From an uncultured Methanosarcinales archaeon (lineage in GTDB: Archaea; Nanobdellota; Nanobdellia; Woesearchaeales; CAZPJY01), in contig CAZPJY010000002.1 of NCBI GenBank assembly GCA_964587045.1, positions 62,001 to 91,777 of the forward strand: a stretch of DNA of 29,777 bases. The letters are read 5' to 3'. The notes under the pieces were generated by a model. That model did not search any database, was not told where the DNA came from, and was given only the letters and a program-made list of their open reading frames with translations. Shown one piece after another: positions 16,819 through 25,467 of the stretch. A program made the position numbers and the translations under genes. Every line of letters starts with the position of its first letter. Within the stretch, counting starts at the first letter, position 1.

Positions 16819-17984
16819 CGCACCACGCCTGTCACAAAGCCGATAACCGACACCACGGTGAATGCTGGGTAGTACACTAAGGAGAAGGGGATGAGGTACA
16901 AGACCTTGAGCACTTGATTGGCCTTCTTTATCATGGGAAACACGTAGGGTGTCGAGAATACGCTGAAGTAGAGGTTGCTGAGCAGGTTCTTGAGCAGGAT
17001 GGCGCCGTAGTAGAATCCGGTGAGCTCGAAATTCTTGAGCCTGGTCGCCCCTTCGGTGATTAGGTGGAAGGTCTCGATGATGTTGTCGATGAAGAAGGCT
17101 TCCTTCATGACAGAGATAACATACAGGACGCTCAGGACGGTGAACAGCAGTATGAAGATGATGTGTAGGGGACTCTTGAGCCAGATTTTTATGTACCGGA
17201 TGAGGCACTGCGCCCCGCCCGATGTCCACCTGATCTTCTGCTTGTACCATGATTTGGCAGTCTCTGGCACATAAGTCTTGATGGGCACGAAGCTTTGCCT
17301 GACCTTGTAGCCGGCTTCGTTCAGCTTCAGCGCGAGGTCCATGTCCTCAACTATTGCGTTGAGGGAGAAGCGCTTAACCTGCTCAAAGGCTTTCTTCTTG
17401 ACTGCAAGGCATCCCCCCCACAACGATAATGTCGATTTGATATTGTAAGCCCCTTGTAGGAGAGAGAGCATGTTGTATTCCAGCTCTTGCATCACGGCAA
17501 GTAACCCGGTGTTCCTCGCGTTGTACGGGCAGCTCACTGCCTTGACTTCCTTTTCCTGGAGCCTGGCGAAGACGTCGTAGAGTGCTTTCCTATTCAGTAT
17601 CACGTCTGCGTCGACGATGAAGAGTATGTCGTGCTTCGCACGCTTTGACACGCTGTTGAGCGTTTTCGCCTTCCCGAGGTTCTCCTTGTTTTCCAAGAGT
17701 CGGAAACCATATTTCTTATTCAGCTTCCGAAGGATTGACAGGGAGTTATCCGTGCTCTTGTCGTCTACCACGATCAGTTCGAAGAGGTCGCGATCATATG
17801 AGCGGTAAATGCTCTTTATCGTGTTCTCCACGGTGCTCCCGTCATTGAAGCATGGGATGAGGAACGAGACATGGGGCTTCTTCGTAAGCTCCCTTTTTTT
17901 CCTATAGTCGATACCTCCGAGAGACAGCAGCAATATAAGGAGGAGGGTCAATGCACCGAACGAGATGTAGGTCAGGTTTATCAT
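16782..17984 (-). CDS. GT2 processive glycosyltransferase (PgaC/IcaA-like)
   Basis: VDDKSTD, GKA, VDAD, VEDMD, QKIRW (QxxRW), with N- and C-terminal TM helices. Confidence 0.92.
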   Translation of the reverse strand: MINLTYISFGALTLLLILLLSLGGIDYRKKRELTKKPHVSFLIPCFNDGSTVENTIKSIYRSYDRDLFELIVVDDKSTDNSLSILRKLNKKYGFRLLENKENLGKAKTLNSVSKRAKHDILFIVDADVILNRKALYDVFARLQEKEVKAVSCPYNARNTGLLAVMQELEYNMLSLLQGAYNIKSTLSLWGGCLAVKKKAFEQVKRFSLNAIVEDMDLALKLNEAGYKVRQSFVPIKTYVPETAKSWYKQKIRWTSGGAQCLIRYIKIWLKSPLHIIFILLFTVLSVLYVISVMKEAFFIDNIIETFHLITEGATRLKNFELTGFYYGAILLKNLLSNLYFSVFSTPYVFPMIKKANQVLKVLYLIPFSLVYYPAFTVVSVIGFVTGVVRYRSLREGRRAW

Positions 17985-18162
17985 TTCAACACCAGTTAAA
18001 GCTCCCGTTTTGACTGGATGAGCTTTCGATTATTTAAAATGGTGCTATCCAAGAGGGGAAGGTGAAGTAAATGTCTGCCTTTGCTATAGAAACTTCTTAT
18101 CTGCTGTTTTTTCCTTAAAGATTTATTTTAAATAGGCTTTTCAACACCTGTATCCCGGTGAT

Positions 18163-18621
18163 ATGATGAGAAACCTGATTTTACTCGCGTTGCTGCTTGT
18201 GACGATTACAGCTTGCGCACCGACCCAGCAGACAACATCAGATGCCATGGTTGGCCAAGACAATATGATGGAAAAGACCAACACCCCTGGCGATACCATG
18301 ATGGGAGATGAGATGGTGGGCACGGACTCGGGAGTGAAGGAGTTTGATCTGGAAGGTTACAACTACAGGTTCGAAATGGACGGTGTAGAAGCTCCTGAGT
18401 TGGGGGTCAAGCAGGGTGACAGGGTAAGGATAGTGCTGACAAGCGCGGACGGCTTCCATGATTGGGTCATCGACGAGTTCAATGCTGCCACTGATAGGGT
18501 TAGTACAGGCCAGACCGCGTCAGTCGAGTTCGTCGCAGACAAGAAAGGTACATTCGAGTACTATTGCAGCGTCGGAAACCACCGGGCCAATGGCATGTAC
18601 GGAACGTTTGTAGTGGAGTAG
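18163..18621 (+). CDS. Cupredoxin (blue copper) domain lipoprotein
   Basis: Lipobox-like ITAC, Met-rich linker, GFHDW and YYCSVGNHRANGM (H...C-x4-H-x4-M type-1 Cu ligands). Confidence 0.88.
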   Translation: MMRNLILLALLLVTITACAPTQQTTSDAMVGQDNMMEKTNTPGDTMMGDEMVGTDSGVKEFDLEGYNYRFEMDGVEAPELGVKQGDRVRIVLTSADGFHDWVIDEFNAATDRVSTGQTASVEFVADKKGTFEYYCSVGNHRANGMYGTFVVE

Positions 18622-18625
18622 TCAG

Positions 18626-19339
18626 CTATTCCAAGAGCTTTGCGCGGCTGAACTCCTGCTGCAGGTTGCCCTCGAGCATGTGCCTGTTGTGGCGGCATAG
18701 GTATTCGAGCCAGCTGGCCCTGTCATGGGCTGGGTCGTACGCCATGCCTTTTGCCATGAGGTTCCGTTCATACACCTCGTGCAGGAGCACAAGGAGCCTC
18801 TCATCCTCAGTCAGGTCGTCGTCCAGCCATATCTCATTCTTTGGGACGAACTCATAGACCAGGTCATGCCCTCCCTGGGTGAAGTCATTGTAGAAGATGC
18901 TTCGAACAAGGGAGCCCCTGACCACCCATATCCGCAGGGGACACTTGTCAAATGGGAGCGGGGCCTTATGCACGTAGTTGGCGACGACGTGCTTGTCAGG
19001 CTTACCTCCGATCAGGCTCCTGACCATCTGGGACTTGCGCCTCTCGTTCTGCTCGACCTTATTGGCCTTTTCGAGGGCTTCTTCATAGCTCATGCCTTCG
19101 GCCATGAAACGGTGCTCGTTTAGAAGGTGGGTGATGAAGTAATCCTCCTCAGGCGATCCGTTCTGCTGGTCGATCCAGAACTCATTTTTTGGGATGAACG
19201 GAAAACGGTAGTGCTGCCCGAAATTCGTAAACTCCTTATCTATGTGTGTCCTGATGTAATCGCCGTCAACGACCCAGACCGTGATGTCGGCTATGCGCTG
19301 GAGCCAGCGCAGGTAGGGTTTGTCCCGTTGTATCGCCAC
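18626..19339 (-). CDS. Hypothetical protein made of two tandem homologous domains, the second with HExxE
   Basis: WVVDG..IR...FT..G.H..F.FIPKNEFWID is repeated as WVVRG..VR...FT.GGH..Y.FVPKNEIWLD. HEVYE and a distal AH in repeat 2. Confidence 0.8.
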   Translation of the reverse strand: MAIQRDKPYLRWLQRIADITVWVVDGDYIRTHIDKEFTNFGQHYRFPFIPKNEFWIDQQNGSPEEDYFITHLLNEHRFMAEGMSYEEALEKANKVEQNERRKSQMVRSLIGGKPDKHVVANYVHKAPLPFDKCPLRIWVVRGSLVRSIFYNDFTQGGHDLVYEFVPKNEIWLDDDLTEDERLLVLLHEVYERNLMAKGMAYDPAHDRASWLEYLCRHNRHMLEGNLQQEFSRAKLLE

Positions 19340-19387
19340 TGCTACTCAGGCCACCTTATGTGACAGGACATTTTTAAAACTTGTGAT

Positions 19388-20299
19388 TCACCTGCTCACA
19401 AGCTGCACCTGCTCCAGGGCTGGCCGGATTGTAGCGCTCGCGCCTGCGTTGAACCCGATGTAATCCTTTTCTATCCCGTCGCTGAATATGACGCCGTTCT
19501 CCGACATGTAGGACGTGACCAGCAAGGGCGTTTCAGGCTCGATGATGCCTCTGACCATGGAGCAGCCGGTCATCTTCGATGGCCACGGCTCGCGCACGAA
19601 GTATTCGAGCATCTTCTCGCTCCTGCCGAAGCGCGGGTTCGGGCATTCCTCCCCCACCATGCCGTATGCGCCTGCCAGTATTGAGGCCATCCAGGCTGTT
19701 GAGCCGGTGCCTGTCGAGACGATGATTCCGCTGGAGGAATGCCTCTCCCTCTCACCCTCAAGCTCGATTTGGTAATGCGCGCTGACGTGGGTCCTTTTGC
19801 CTATGAAGAGGTCATTCAATGCCAGCATCCTCTGCCCGTCGTCCAGCACCGCCTCGGCCATGGTCAACGCCTCTATCTCTGCAGCCCTGTCAGATACCCT
19901 ACCTATCACCTTCTGCAGCTGCTTGGGCTTACAGGTCGTGAAGACGTCCTCGAACCTGGACGGGTTGCTGTTGACGCATATGACTGGCTGTTGGCCTATG
20001 TACTTGGCCACGTTTACGAGCAGCCCGGGATCTCCTACCACGACCAGGATGTCATGCTGGCTGAACTGGTGGGTCGCGACGAGCGGCCTGCTGACGTTCT
20101 GCCTCTTGTAATCGCCTGGCAGCCTGGAAAGCACTTCCTTGAGGGTTGCGTGGTATTCCTGATGCCTGTCAAGGAAGTCTGAGAAGTCCTTGCCCCGGCT
20201 CTCTAGGTGGAAGCGGACCTGGGAGACAGTCGCGTGCTGGAGCAGCAGCTCCTCAAGTTCTGTCCTTTTGGTCACGACGACCAGGTTGTCGAGCTCCAA
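19388..20299 (-). CDS. ATP-NAD kinase-like protein (SPFH-associated subfamily)
   Basis: VVGDPGLLVNVAKY, ALNDLFIG, SSSGIIVSTGTGSTAW, VREPWPS, FSDG. RBS GAGGTGA overlaps the SPFH stop. Confidence 0.88.
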   Translation of the reverse strand: MELDNLVVVTKRTELEELLLQHATVSQVRFHLESRGKDFSDFLDRHQEYHATLKEVLSRLPGDYKRQNVSRPLVATHQFSQHDILVVVGDPGLLVNVAKYIGQQPVICVNSNPSRFEDVFTTCKPKQLQKVIGRVSDRAAEIEALTMAEAVLDDGQRMLALNDLFIGKRTHVSAHYQIELEGERERHSSSGIIVSTGTGSTAWMASILAGAYGMVGEECPNPRFGRSEKMLEYFVREPWPSKMTGCSMVRGIIEPETPLLVTSYMSENGVIFSDGIEKDYIGFNAGASATIRPALEQVQLVSR

Positions 20300-20305
20300 A
20301 GCAAC

Positions 20306-21172
20306 TCACCTCTTGGGGATTGAGGCCAGCAGCTCTGGGGTGATGGTCAGCGTCTCGATTTTTTGGGCGTTGCTCCCTAGAGTCAGAAGGGCGTAAGCCT
20401 TTAGCTGGTCGGCATCCCATCCCTTGAAGATATCGACTTCCATCTGTCTGACCTTGGCTTTCGAAGCGCCTTCGGCCTCGATGTTCTTGGCCTCGAGCTG
20501 AATTAGTTCCTCGCGCTTCTTCTCGAGGAAGATCCTGTTGTTAAGCTCGTTCTCCTTGATAGCTTTCTCCTGCTCGACACCGTCGGCCCTCCTCTCGTAT
20601 TGGGCCTTCTGCTGTTTCGTGAGCAGCTCCTCGCGGTAGGTCGCACCCAGCGCTGTGGCGATATCAGGCTCGGGCGTGATCTGGTTTACGTAGAGGTTGG
20701 CCACCTTAAGCCCCAGGTAGGTTACTGTCGGCGAGTCCAGCACCTCCCTTGAGACCTGCTGGGTCAGCACCTCGCTGCTCACAAGAATCGTCTCGAGGTC
20801 TGCCTTCTGCACGTATTTCCTCGCCGCCCCCCGGATGGCGTTTACCAGCGGCTCTGATATGTCTTTATATCCTGCTGTGGAAAACATCTTGGTCCTTGGG
20901 TCTATTGCGCAATTGAAGTTCTCCAGGACCTTCTCTGGGTCTTCGACGTGGTAGAGAAAGCTCCCCTGGATGGTTATCTCCTGGTTGTCCTTGGTCGTTT
21001 CCTTGAAGCTGTACTGCTTCTCTATGGTGCTCGTGTCGACTATCTCGACCGTTGTCCTGAATGGGGTGATGATTTTCGATATCCCCTTGCCCGATTTCCT
21101 GACCTTGCCGCCTGAAGTGATGCGGCAGAACTCTGTGGGCTCGCCTTTGAAGTAAACCCATGGCAGTCTCAT
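20306..21172 (-). CDS. SPFH/band 7 domain protein
   Basis: FKETTKDNQEITIQG...PE...I..ALG...RE.L...A.YERR..VEQE..IKENELN coiled coil. ATG at 21172 is preceded by GGAGG (the ORF track uses TTG at 21187). Confidence 0.9.
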   Translation of the reverse strand: MRLPWVYFKGEPTEFCRITSGGKVRKSGKGISKIITPFRTTVEIVDTSTIEKQYSFKETTKDNQEITIQGSFLYHVEDPEKVLENFNCAIDPRTKMFSTAGYKDISEPLVNAIRGAARKYVQKADLETILVSSEVLTQQVSREVLDSPTVTYLGLKVANLYVNQITPEPDIATALGATYREELLTKQQKAQYERRADGVEQEKAIKENELNNRIFLEKKREELIQLEAKNIEAEGASKAKVRQMEVDIFKGWDADQLKAYALLTLGSNAQKIETLTITPELLASIPKR

Positions 21173-21202
21173 TTTCTCATCCTCCAAGATGAAAAGACCA
21201 TC

Positions 21203-21223
21203 TTAGTGTTTTAGTTACACTAA
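21203..21223. promoter_or_regulatory. NrtR-type operator 1: TTAGTGT-TTTAGTT-ACACTAA
   Basis: Perfect 7-7-7 21-bp inverted repeat with GT-N7-AC core, between the TATA box and the start of the SPFH gene. Confidence 0.7.
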
Positions 21224-21257
21224 TAAATATTTATATTTTGCGAAAGCATTTATAAGG

Positions 21258-21278
21258 TAATTGTTGAAAATACACTAA
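21258..21278. promoter_or_regulatory. NrtR-type operator 2: TAATTGT-TGAAAAT-ACACTAA
   Basis: Same GT-N7-AC core and identical right arm, immediately downstream of a + strand BRE/TATA (GAAAGCA TTTATAA, 21242-21255). Confidence 0.6.
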
Positions 21279-21351
21279 TATGTATCTCCATTTATAAGTA
21301 ATTTGTGGTAAATCAGCTTATTGACCTCCAAAGAACTAGCCCACCAACTCT

Positions 21352-21903
21352 TCACGTGAGAAGGGACATGGCCCATCCGGTCCGCTCAATCAGCCATCCA
21401 AGAAGTAGCACACCATCAAGGTATGCTAATGATATGAGAGATGCAGCCAAGACCAAGACCACCAGGCCGAAATCCCAGTATGAATGGCCGGTTTGCTCAT
21501 ATAGATCCCTGGTGGAATGTCCGAACATGTCGATGACAGACCTATTTGTTTTAGCGTGCATCACGAGCTCGTACACCAAGCCGACCACACCGAGCGCATA
21601 GAGCAATACGAGTCCTGTGATTTTCTCCCTGTACTGGGTGTAATGGTATGCCACGAACCCGCCGTTGATGATGTACAAAATGAACAACTTTGGTATCCAA
21701 TACTTCTTTTCCTTTGACATCTTATGGACCGGCTTATACCAAAAGGCGTAGACGACGTAATAAATGACAATCATCCCAGCGAAGATTCCGAGGGAGACTG
21801 CTATTGACAGCCAGACATTTCTTGTGAATGAGTATACCGCGAGGCCTAGGTATAGGCAAACAAGAATAAATGTGGTGATGATGGCATTTACTATCTTCAT
21901 CAT
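21352..21903 (-). CDS. Integral membrane hypothetical protein
   Basis: Five or six hydrophobic helices, AT-rich promoter-like region upstream. Confidence 0.75.
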   Translation of the reverse strand: MMKIVNAIITTFILVCLYLGLAVYSFTRNVWLSIAVSLGIFAGMIVIYYVVYAFWYKPVHKMSKEKKYWIPKLFILYIINGGFVAYHYTQYREKITGLVLLYALGVVGLVYELVMHAKTNRSVIDMFGHSTRDLYEQTGHSYWDFGLVVLVLAASLISLAYLDGVLLLGWLIERTGWAMSLLT

Positions 21904-21960
21904 CAGATTTTATTCTTGTTAGAATAAATAACTTTCTGAAGAAAAGGAAAAGATGAGGAA

Positions 21961-22038
21961 TTACTTCCTCTTTCTCAAAGTAATCAAGCCCGCTGCTCCG
22001 AGAAGAGCTAGCCCAGCACCGATGGCCGTGAACTCCGG
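21961..22038 (-). pseudogene. Orphan PEF-CTERM sorting-signal remnant (PEFTAIGAGLALLGAAGLITLRKRK*)
   Basis: Hand translation gives PEF + TM helix + basic tail + TAA, followed by a pyrimidine-rich terminator. No ATG/GTG/TTG in frame before the upstream TGA at 22096-22098. Confidence 0.75.
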
Positions 22039-22180
22039 TCTCCTTCCAAAATAAGCTTTACGACAGGATTCCCGGCGGAAAGAGCCTCCACATAATCAAG
22101 GGCGCTGACCACTCATTCAGGCTTCCCAACCACCTTGAGGAGATAAGGAAAGTAATAAATAGGTGGCTTCTCTCACAGGT

Positions 22181-23119
22181 ATGAAGATGGAACTGGTTAC
22201 TGTCAAGGATTGGATGAGCAGGGATCTCATATCGATACCCCAGGACGAAACCATCCTCGAAGCCGCCAACCTCATGCAACAGCACAGGATAGGGGCCTTG
22301 GTGGTATTCAACAAGAAGAAGGATTCCTTCCTCTCCAAGCGGAAAATGGTAGGAATCATCACAGACACAGACATAATCACCAAGGTGATGGCCAAGGGAC
22401 TGAACCCTGCCGTTACCCTGGTCAAGGACCACATGTCTACCAAGCTCATCACCGGGACGCCTGAGGACACCATATCAGACATAGGCTCCAAGATGATCGA
22501 CCACAGCATAAAAAGGGTTATTATCACCATGCACGGCTCGCCCATGGCTGTCATCAGCCTGACTGACCTCGTGGACTGGCTCGCCCAGGAGAGGGGACGT
22601 ACCAGGGAAATTATCTCAGAGAACGTCGCGGAGATATTCACCAAGATTTACGGTGCCGAGGTTGGGGAGAAGCTGCTGAACCAGTACTCGAAGGTTAGCT
22701 CGTGGATGACTCCCAAGATAATTTCTGTTTCGGATACAGCTATGGTGATCGACGCTGCCAAGAGCCTCGCAGCTCACAGGATAAGCGCCATCCCGGTTGC
22801 TGAAGGGGAGAAGCTGGTGGGCATGGTCACGCTGACTGATCTCGTCAGGAGGGTTGTGACCCAGCAGCTGGACTTCTCGACCACACCAATAAGGAGCGCC
22901 ATGACCAGTCCGATTATCACTGCGGATGTCAACTCATCCCTCCCTGAGATACTTAACATCCTTTCACGCAACAAGATCAAGCATATTCCCATCGTCGAGA
23001 AGGGACGTGCGGTGGGTATCGTATCCCACCATGATACCATAAAGGTCATACTCAAGACTGGCATGCTAAACTTCTTCAGCCAGCTCTCCAAGGATTACAG
23101 CTCAGGAATGATGCAATGA
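22181..23119 (+). CDS. CBS domain protein (two Bateman modules)
   Basis: Four CBS repeats (VKDWMS...GIITDTDI, VKDHMS...VISLTDL, VSSWMT...GMVTLTDL, IRSAMT...GIVSHHD). ATG at 22181 or 22187. The ORF track starts at GTG 22163. Confidence 0.92.
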   Translation: MKMELVTVKDWMSRDLISIPQDETILEAANLMQQHRIGALVVFNKKKDSFLSKRKMVGIITDTDIITKVMAKGLNPAVTLVKDHMSTKLITGTPEDTISDIGSKMIDHSIKRVIITMHGSPMAVISLTDLVDWLAQERGRTREIISENVAEIFTKIYGAEVGEKLLNQYSKVSSWMTPKIISVSDTAMVIDAAKSLAAHRISAIPVAEGEKLVGMVTLTDLVRRVVTQQLDFSTTPIRSAMTSPIITADVNSSLPEILNILSRNKIKHIPIVEKGRAVGIVSHHDTIKVILKTGMLNFFSQLSKDYSSGMMQ

Positions 23120-23943
23120 ACATCGCTTTATCGCTCAACGACAACAAGCTGCTCAAGCTGCTTGGCTTTGGGACCCTTATGACAGCAGCCTTTCTGAGCC
23201 TGAGCAATCCCTTCCCAAAGAGGGTCTACAACACACAGTCGCACATACCAACACATGCGGGGAGCGCAACCGAACTGATAGCAGAGTCGGCATACGTGTC
23301 CCATCCTCTAAGCGTCAGCCTGGAAGGGTTGGTGGAGGATGTTCCCTACAAGGCCTTCTCATCCTTGGGTATCCAGACTGAGTGTATAAAATACGACTGC
23401 GAAGGGAGCTGGCATTCCAAGGTCGTCAGAGGAGTTGATGCGGACAAGGCCCTTGAAAAGCAGATAAAACGGGCGAAAGCGGCAGGTTACAAGTCCATCG
23501 AGCTGGTAGGTGCTGATGGAATCATCGCAAGAGGACCAATCGATTCCCAACTCCTCTTCTCTCTTGCCAAAGAGAACAAGGTGAGCAGGCACGACAGCTA
23601 CTATGAGGGCTTCATCCTCGGCGACAAGTCCGAGTGGCTTGACCGCCTGGAGAAGATCAGGTTCTCGAACAAGACAGATTATGGTCTCTCTTCTGTTGGT
23701 GCCGACTACACTTACGGCCAACCCAAGCCATTGGAAGAGGTTGTGAAGACCCCCATCAACCTGGCAGACCTGACAGACAAGCCCGTTCTGCTGACAGCGC
23801 CTGACGGTTACAGGGTGACCATCGATGTGCCCCAGCTTTCCAAGGCCAACCTGGTGAAGGTAGGCGATTCCTGGAGAATCGATGGAGACCTGGGTGAATC
23901 TTATATGATAAGGGACATAGTCGAAATAGCCTTTGCTAAATAA
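23116..23943 (+). CDS. Hypothetical membrane-anchored or exported protein
   Basis: 275-aa ORF with host-like codon usage, coupled to the CBS gene by ATGA-type overlap, N-terminal hydrophobic helix. Confidence 0.7.
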   Translation: MNIALSLNDNKLLKLLGFGTLMTAAFLSLSNPFPKRVYNTQSHIPTHAGSATELIAESAYVSHPLSVSLEGLVEDVPYKAFSSLGIQTECIKYDCEGSWHSKVVRGVDADKALEKQIKRAKAAGYKSIELVGADGIIARGPIDSQLLFSLAKENKVSRHDSYYEGFILGDKSEWLDRLEKIRFSNKTDYGLSSVGADYTYGQPKPLEEVVKTPINLADLTDKPVLLTAPDGYRVTIDVPQLSKANLVKVGDSWRIDGDLGESYMIRDIVEIAFAK

Positions 23944-24658
23944 AGAGCCTCTGGTAGTTCATGAAGATGCTGTTCTCCGTGTCCTCAAAGGTCATACCTT
24001 TAATCTCTGCTATCTTTCTGACACCCTTGGATATGTTGGCAGGCTCGTTCCTCTCCCCTCTGACCGGTCCTAAGAGGGGGGCGTCGGTCTCGGTCAGGAG
24101 CTGCGTTATCGGGGCTCTTGCCACAATCCTCTGGAAATGCTCATCATAATAAATGCTTGTCGGGATGGAGAGGTACCATCCGGCGTCCAGGATGCGCTTT
24201 AACAGCTTCTGGGAGCCTCCGAAGCAGTGCATCACCACCTTGTTGGCTTTGGAATCCTCGAGCATGCCTATCACGTCTGCTTCTGCCTTCCTGGAATGGA
24301 CGATCAGGGGCTTGTCCAGCTCCTTTGCCAGTGAGATGGCCATTGAGAAGATCTCCTTTTGCCGCTCGCGGTCGCTGTCAGAGCTGTAGTCCAGCCCCAC
24401 CTCGCCTATCGCGAAGGGTCTTTGGCTCCTGATGAACTCCAACTCTGCTTCGACGTCGCAATTCAGCGCGTCCAGGGGGAATAGGCCCAAAGCGGGCTTG
24501 ACTGAAGGAAAGCGCCTCGAGATGCCAAGCACCTTCCTGTTGGAAGCCGGGTTGATGCCGTTGGCTATGATGACTGAGACTCTTGACCTGGCAATCACCT
24601 CTGGGAGGTCTGAGTCGAACCTCTCATCATCCAGGTGGCAGTGCACGTCGATCAGCAT
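23936..24658 (-). CDS. tatD: TatD-family deoxyribonuclease
   Basis: MLIDVHCHL, GEVGLDY, VHSRKAE, MHCF, TETDAP, NEP. ATG at 24658 avoids overlap with oapC. Confidence 0.95.
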   Translation of the reverse strand: MLIDVHCHLDDERFDSDLPEVIARSRVSVIIANGINPASNRKVLGISRRFPSVKPALGLFPLDALNCDVEAELEFIRSQRPFAIGEVGLDYSSDSDRERQKEIFSMAISLAKELDKPLIVHSRKAEADVIGMLEDSKANKVVMHCFGGSQKLLKRILDAGWYLSIPTSIYYDEHFQRIVARAPITQLLTETDAPLLGPVRGERNEPANISKGVRKIAEIKGMTFEDTENSIFMNYQRLFI

Positions 24659-24683
24659 GTTTTGGAGTAGAGAAAGCGAGTAT

Positions 24684-25061
24684 TTAATTCTTCTTGATAT
24701 TCTTGAAGGTCTCCACCAGGTCAATGATATACTTGCCTTCTGAGACCCTGATGATGAGCGGCTCCTTCTTGAACAGGTTCACCAAGTCCAGCTCGTACTT
24801 GCCGGGCTTGAGTATGCGAACCGCCTCGAACTCCAGGACTATCGACTTGTCCCTGTCTATTTGGTTGCCGATGATGTCGTAGACGTCCTCCTCAATCTCC
24901 TTCTTCTCCTTCTTGGTGAGCTTGGAGACCTCCTCCTGGACCTCTTTGAGCCTCTCTGGCTTGATGAAGAAGAAGAGCTTACCGCCGCAGCTACATCCCT
25001 TCAGAATCTCCTGCGCCCCGTCATCATAGAGCTTGTTGCATCTGACACATTGGTGCGGCAT
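24684..25061 (-). CDS. oapC: Origin-associated protein C (DUF2072 Zn-ribbon)
   Basis: MPHQCVRC...ILKGCSCGGKLFFF, VRILKPGKYELDL, GKYIIDL. Third gene of the conserved triplet. Confidence 0.9.
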   Translation of the reverse strand: MPHQCVRCNKLYDDGAQEILKGCSCGGKLFFFIKPERLKEVQEEVSKLTKKEKKEIEEDVYDIIGNQIDRDKSIVLEFEAVRILKPGKYELDLVNLFKKEPLIIRVSEGKYIIDLVETFKNIKKN

Positions 25062-25077
25062 TCGTACACCCCAAAAA

Positions 25078-25467
25078 CTAGCGCTTCCGTCTCCTCTTCG
25101 TCATGTCATCGATGAAGAGCTGGACCTTGTTGGGATCGCTCTTGATCTCCTTGACGAGGGTGGAAGGGCCTATGATCGTGAATCCCCGCCTGTCCCCCAG
25201 CAGGAACTTGAGCAGTCCTCCCTTGATCTTCTCCCAAAGCGCACTGCTTCCGCTCTGCGGGTTGAAGACCCAGGGCTCTATACCCTTGAACTTGTTGTTG
25301 ATCTCCTCCATGGTCTTCTTGATGAGCTCTGTCTCCTCTGTTTTGGTGAGGCGGCCTTCGAGGAGGACGATTTTGTTCTCCTTGACGATGTCGATTATCT
25401 TCCTTATCCTCTTCTGCGAGGGCAGCTTCTCAATCTCGAAGTATGGCAGGAACTGGAGAGTTATCAT
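25078..25467 (-). CDS. oapB: Origin-associated protein B (DUF2073)
   Basis: RIRKIIDIVKENKIVLLEGRLT..EE..LI..TM.EI...FKGIE, GFTIIGP. Confidence 0.9.
   Translation of the reverse strand: MITLQFLPYFEIEKLPSQKRIRKIIDIVKENKIVLLEGRLTKTEETELIKKTMEEINNKFKGIEPWVFNPQSGSSALWEKIKGGLLKFLLGDRRGFTIIGPSTLVKEIKSDPNKVQLFIDDMTKRRRKR

Noticed and set aside
21305..21601. 98-aa + strand ORF as the missing divergent regulator
   Set aside because: Almost entirely antisense to the 183-aa membrane protein gene, with no HTH or Nudix motif.
23116..23943. SPOR-like domain in the exported protein
   Set aside because: The resemblance is limited to one helix-strand segment and is not enough to call without a profile search.
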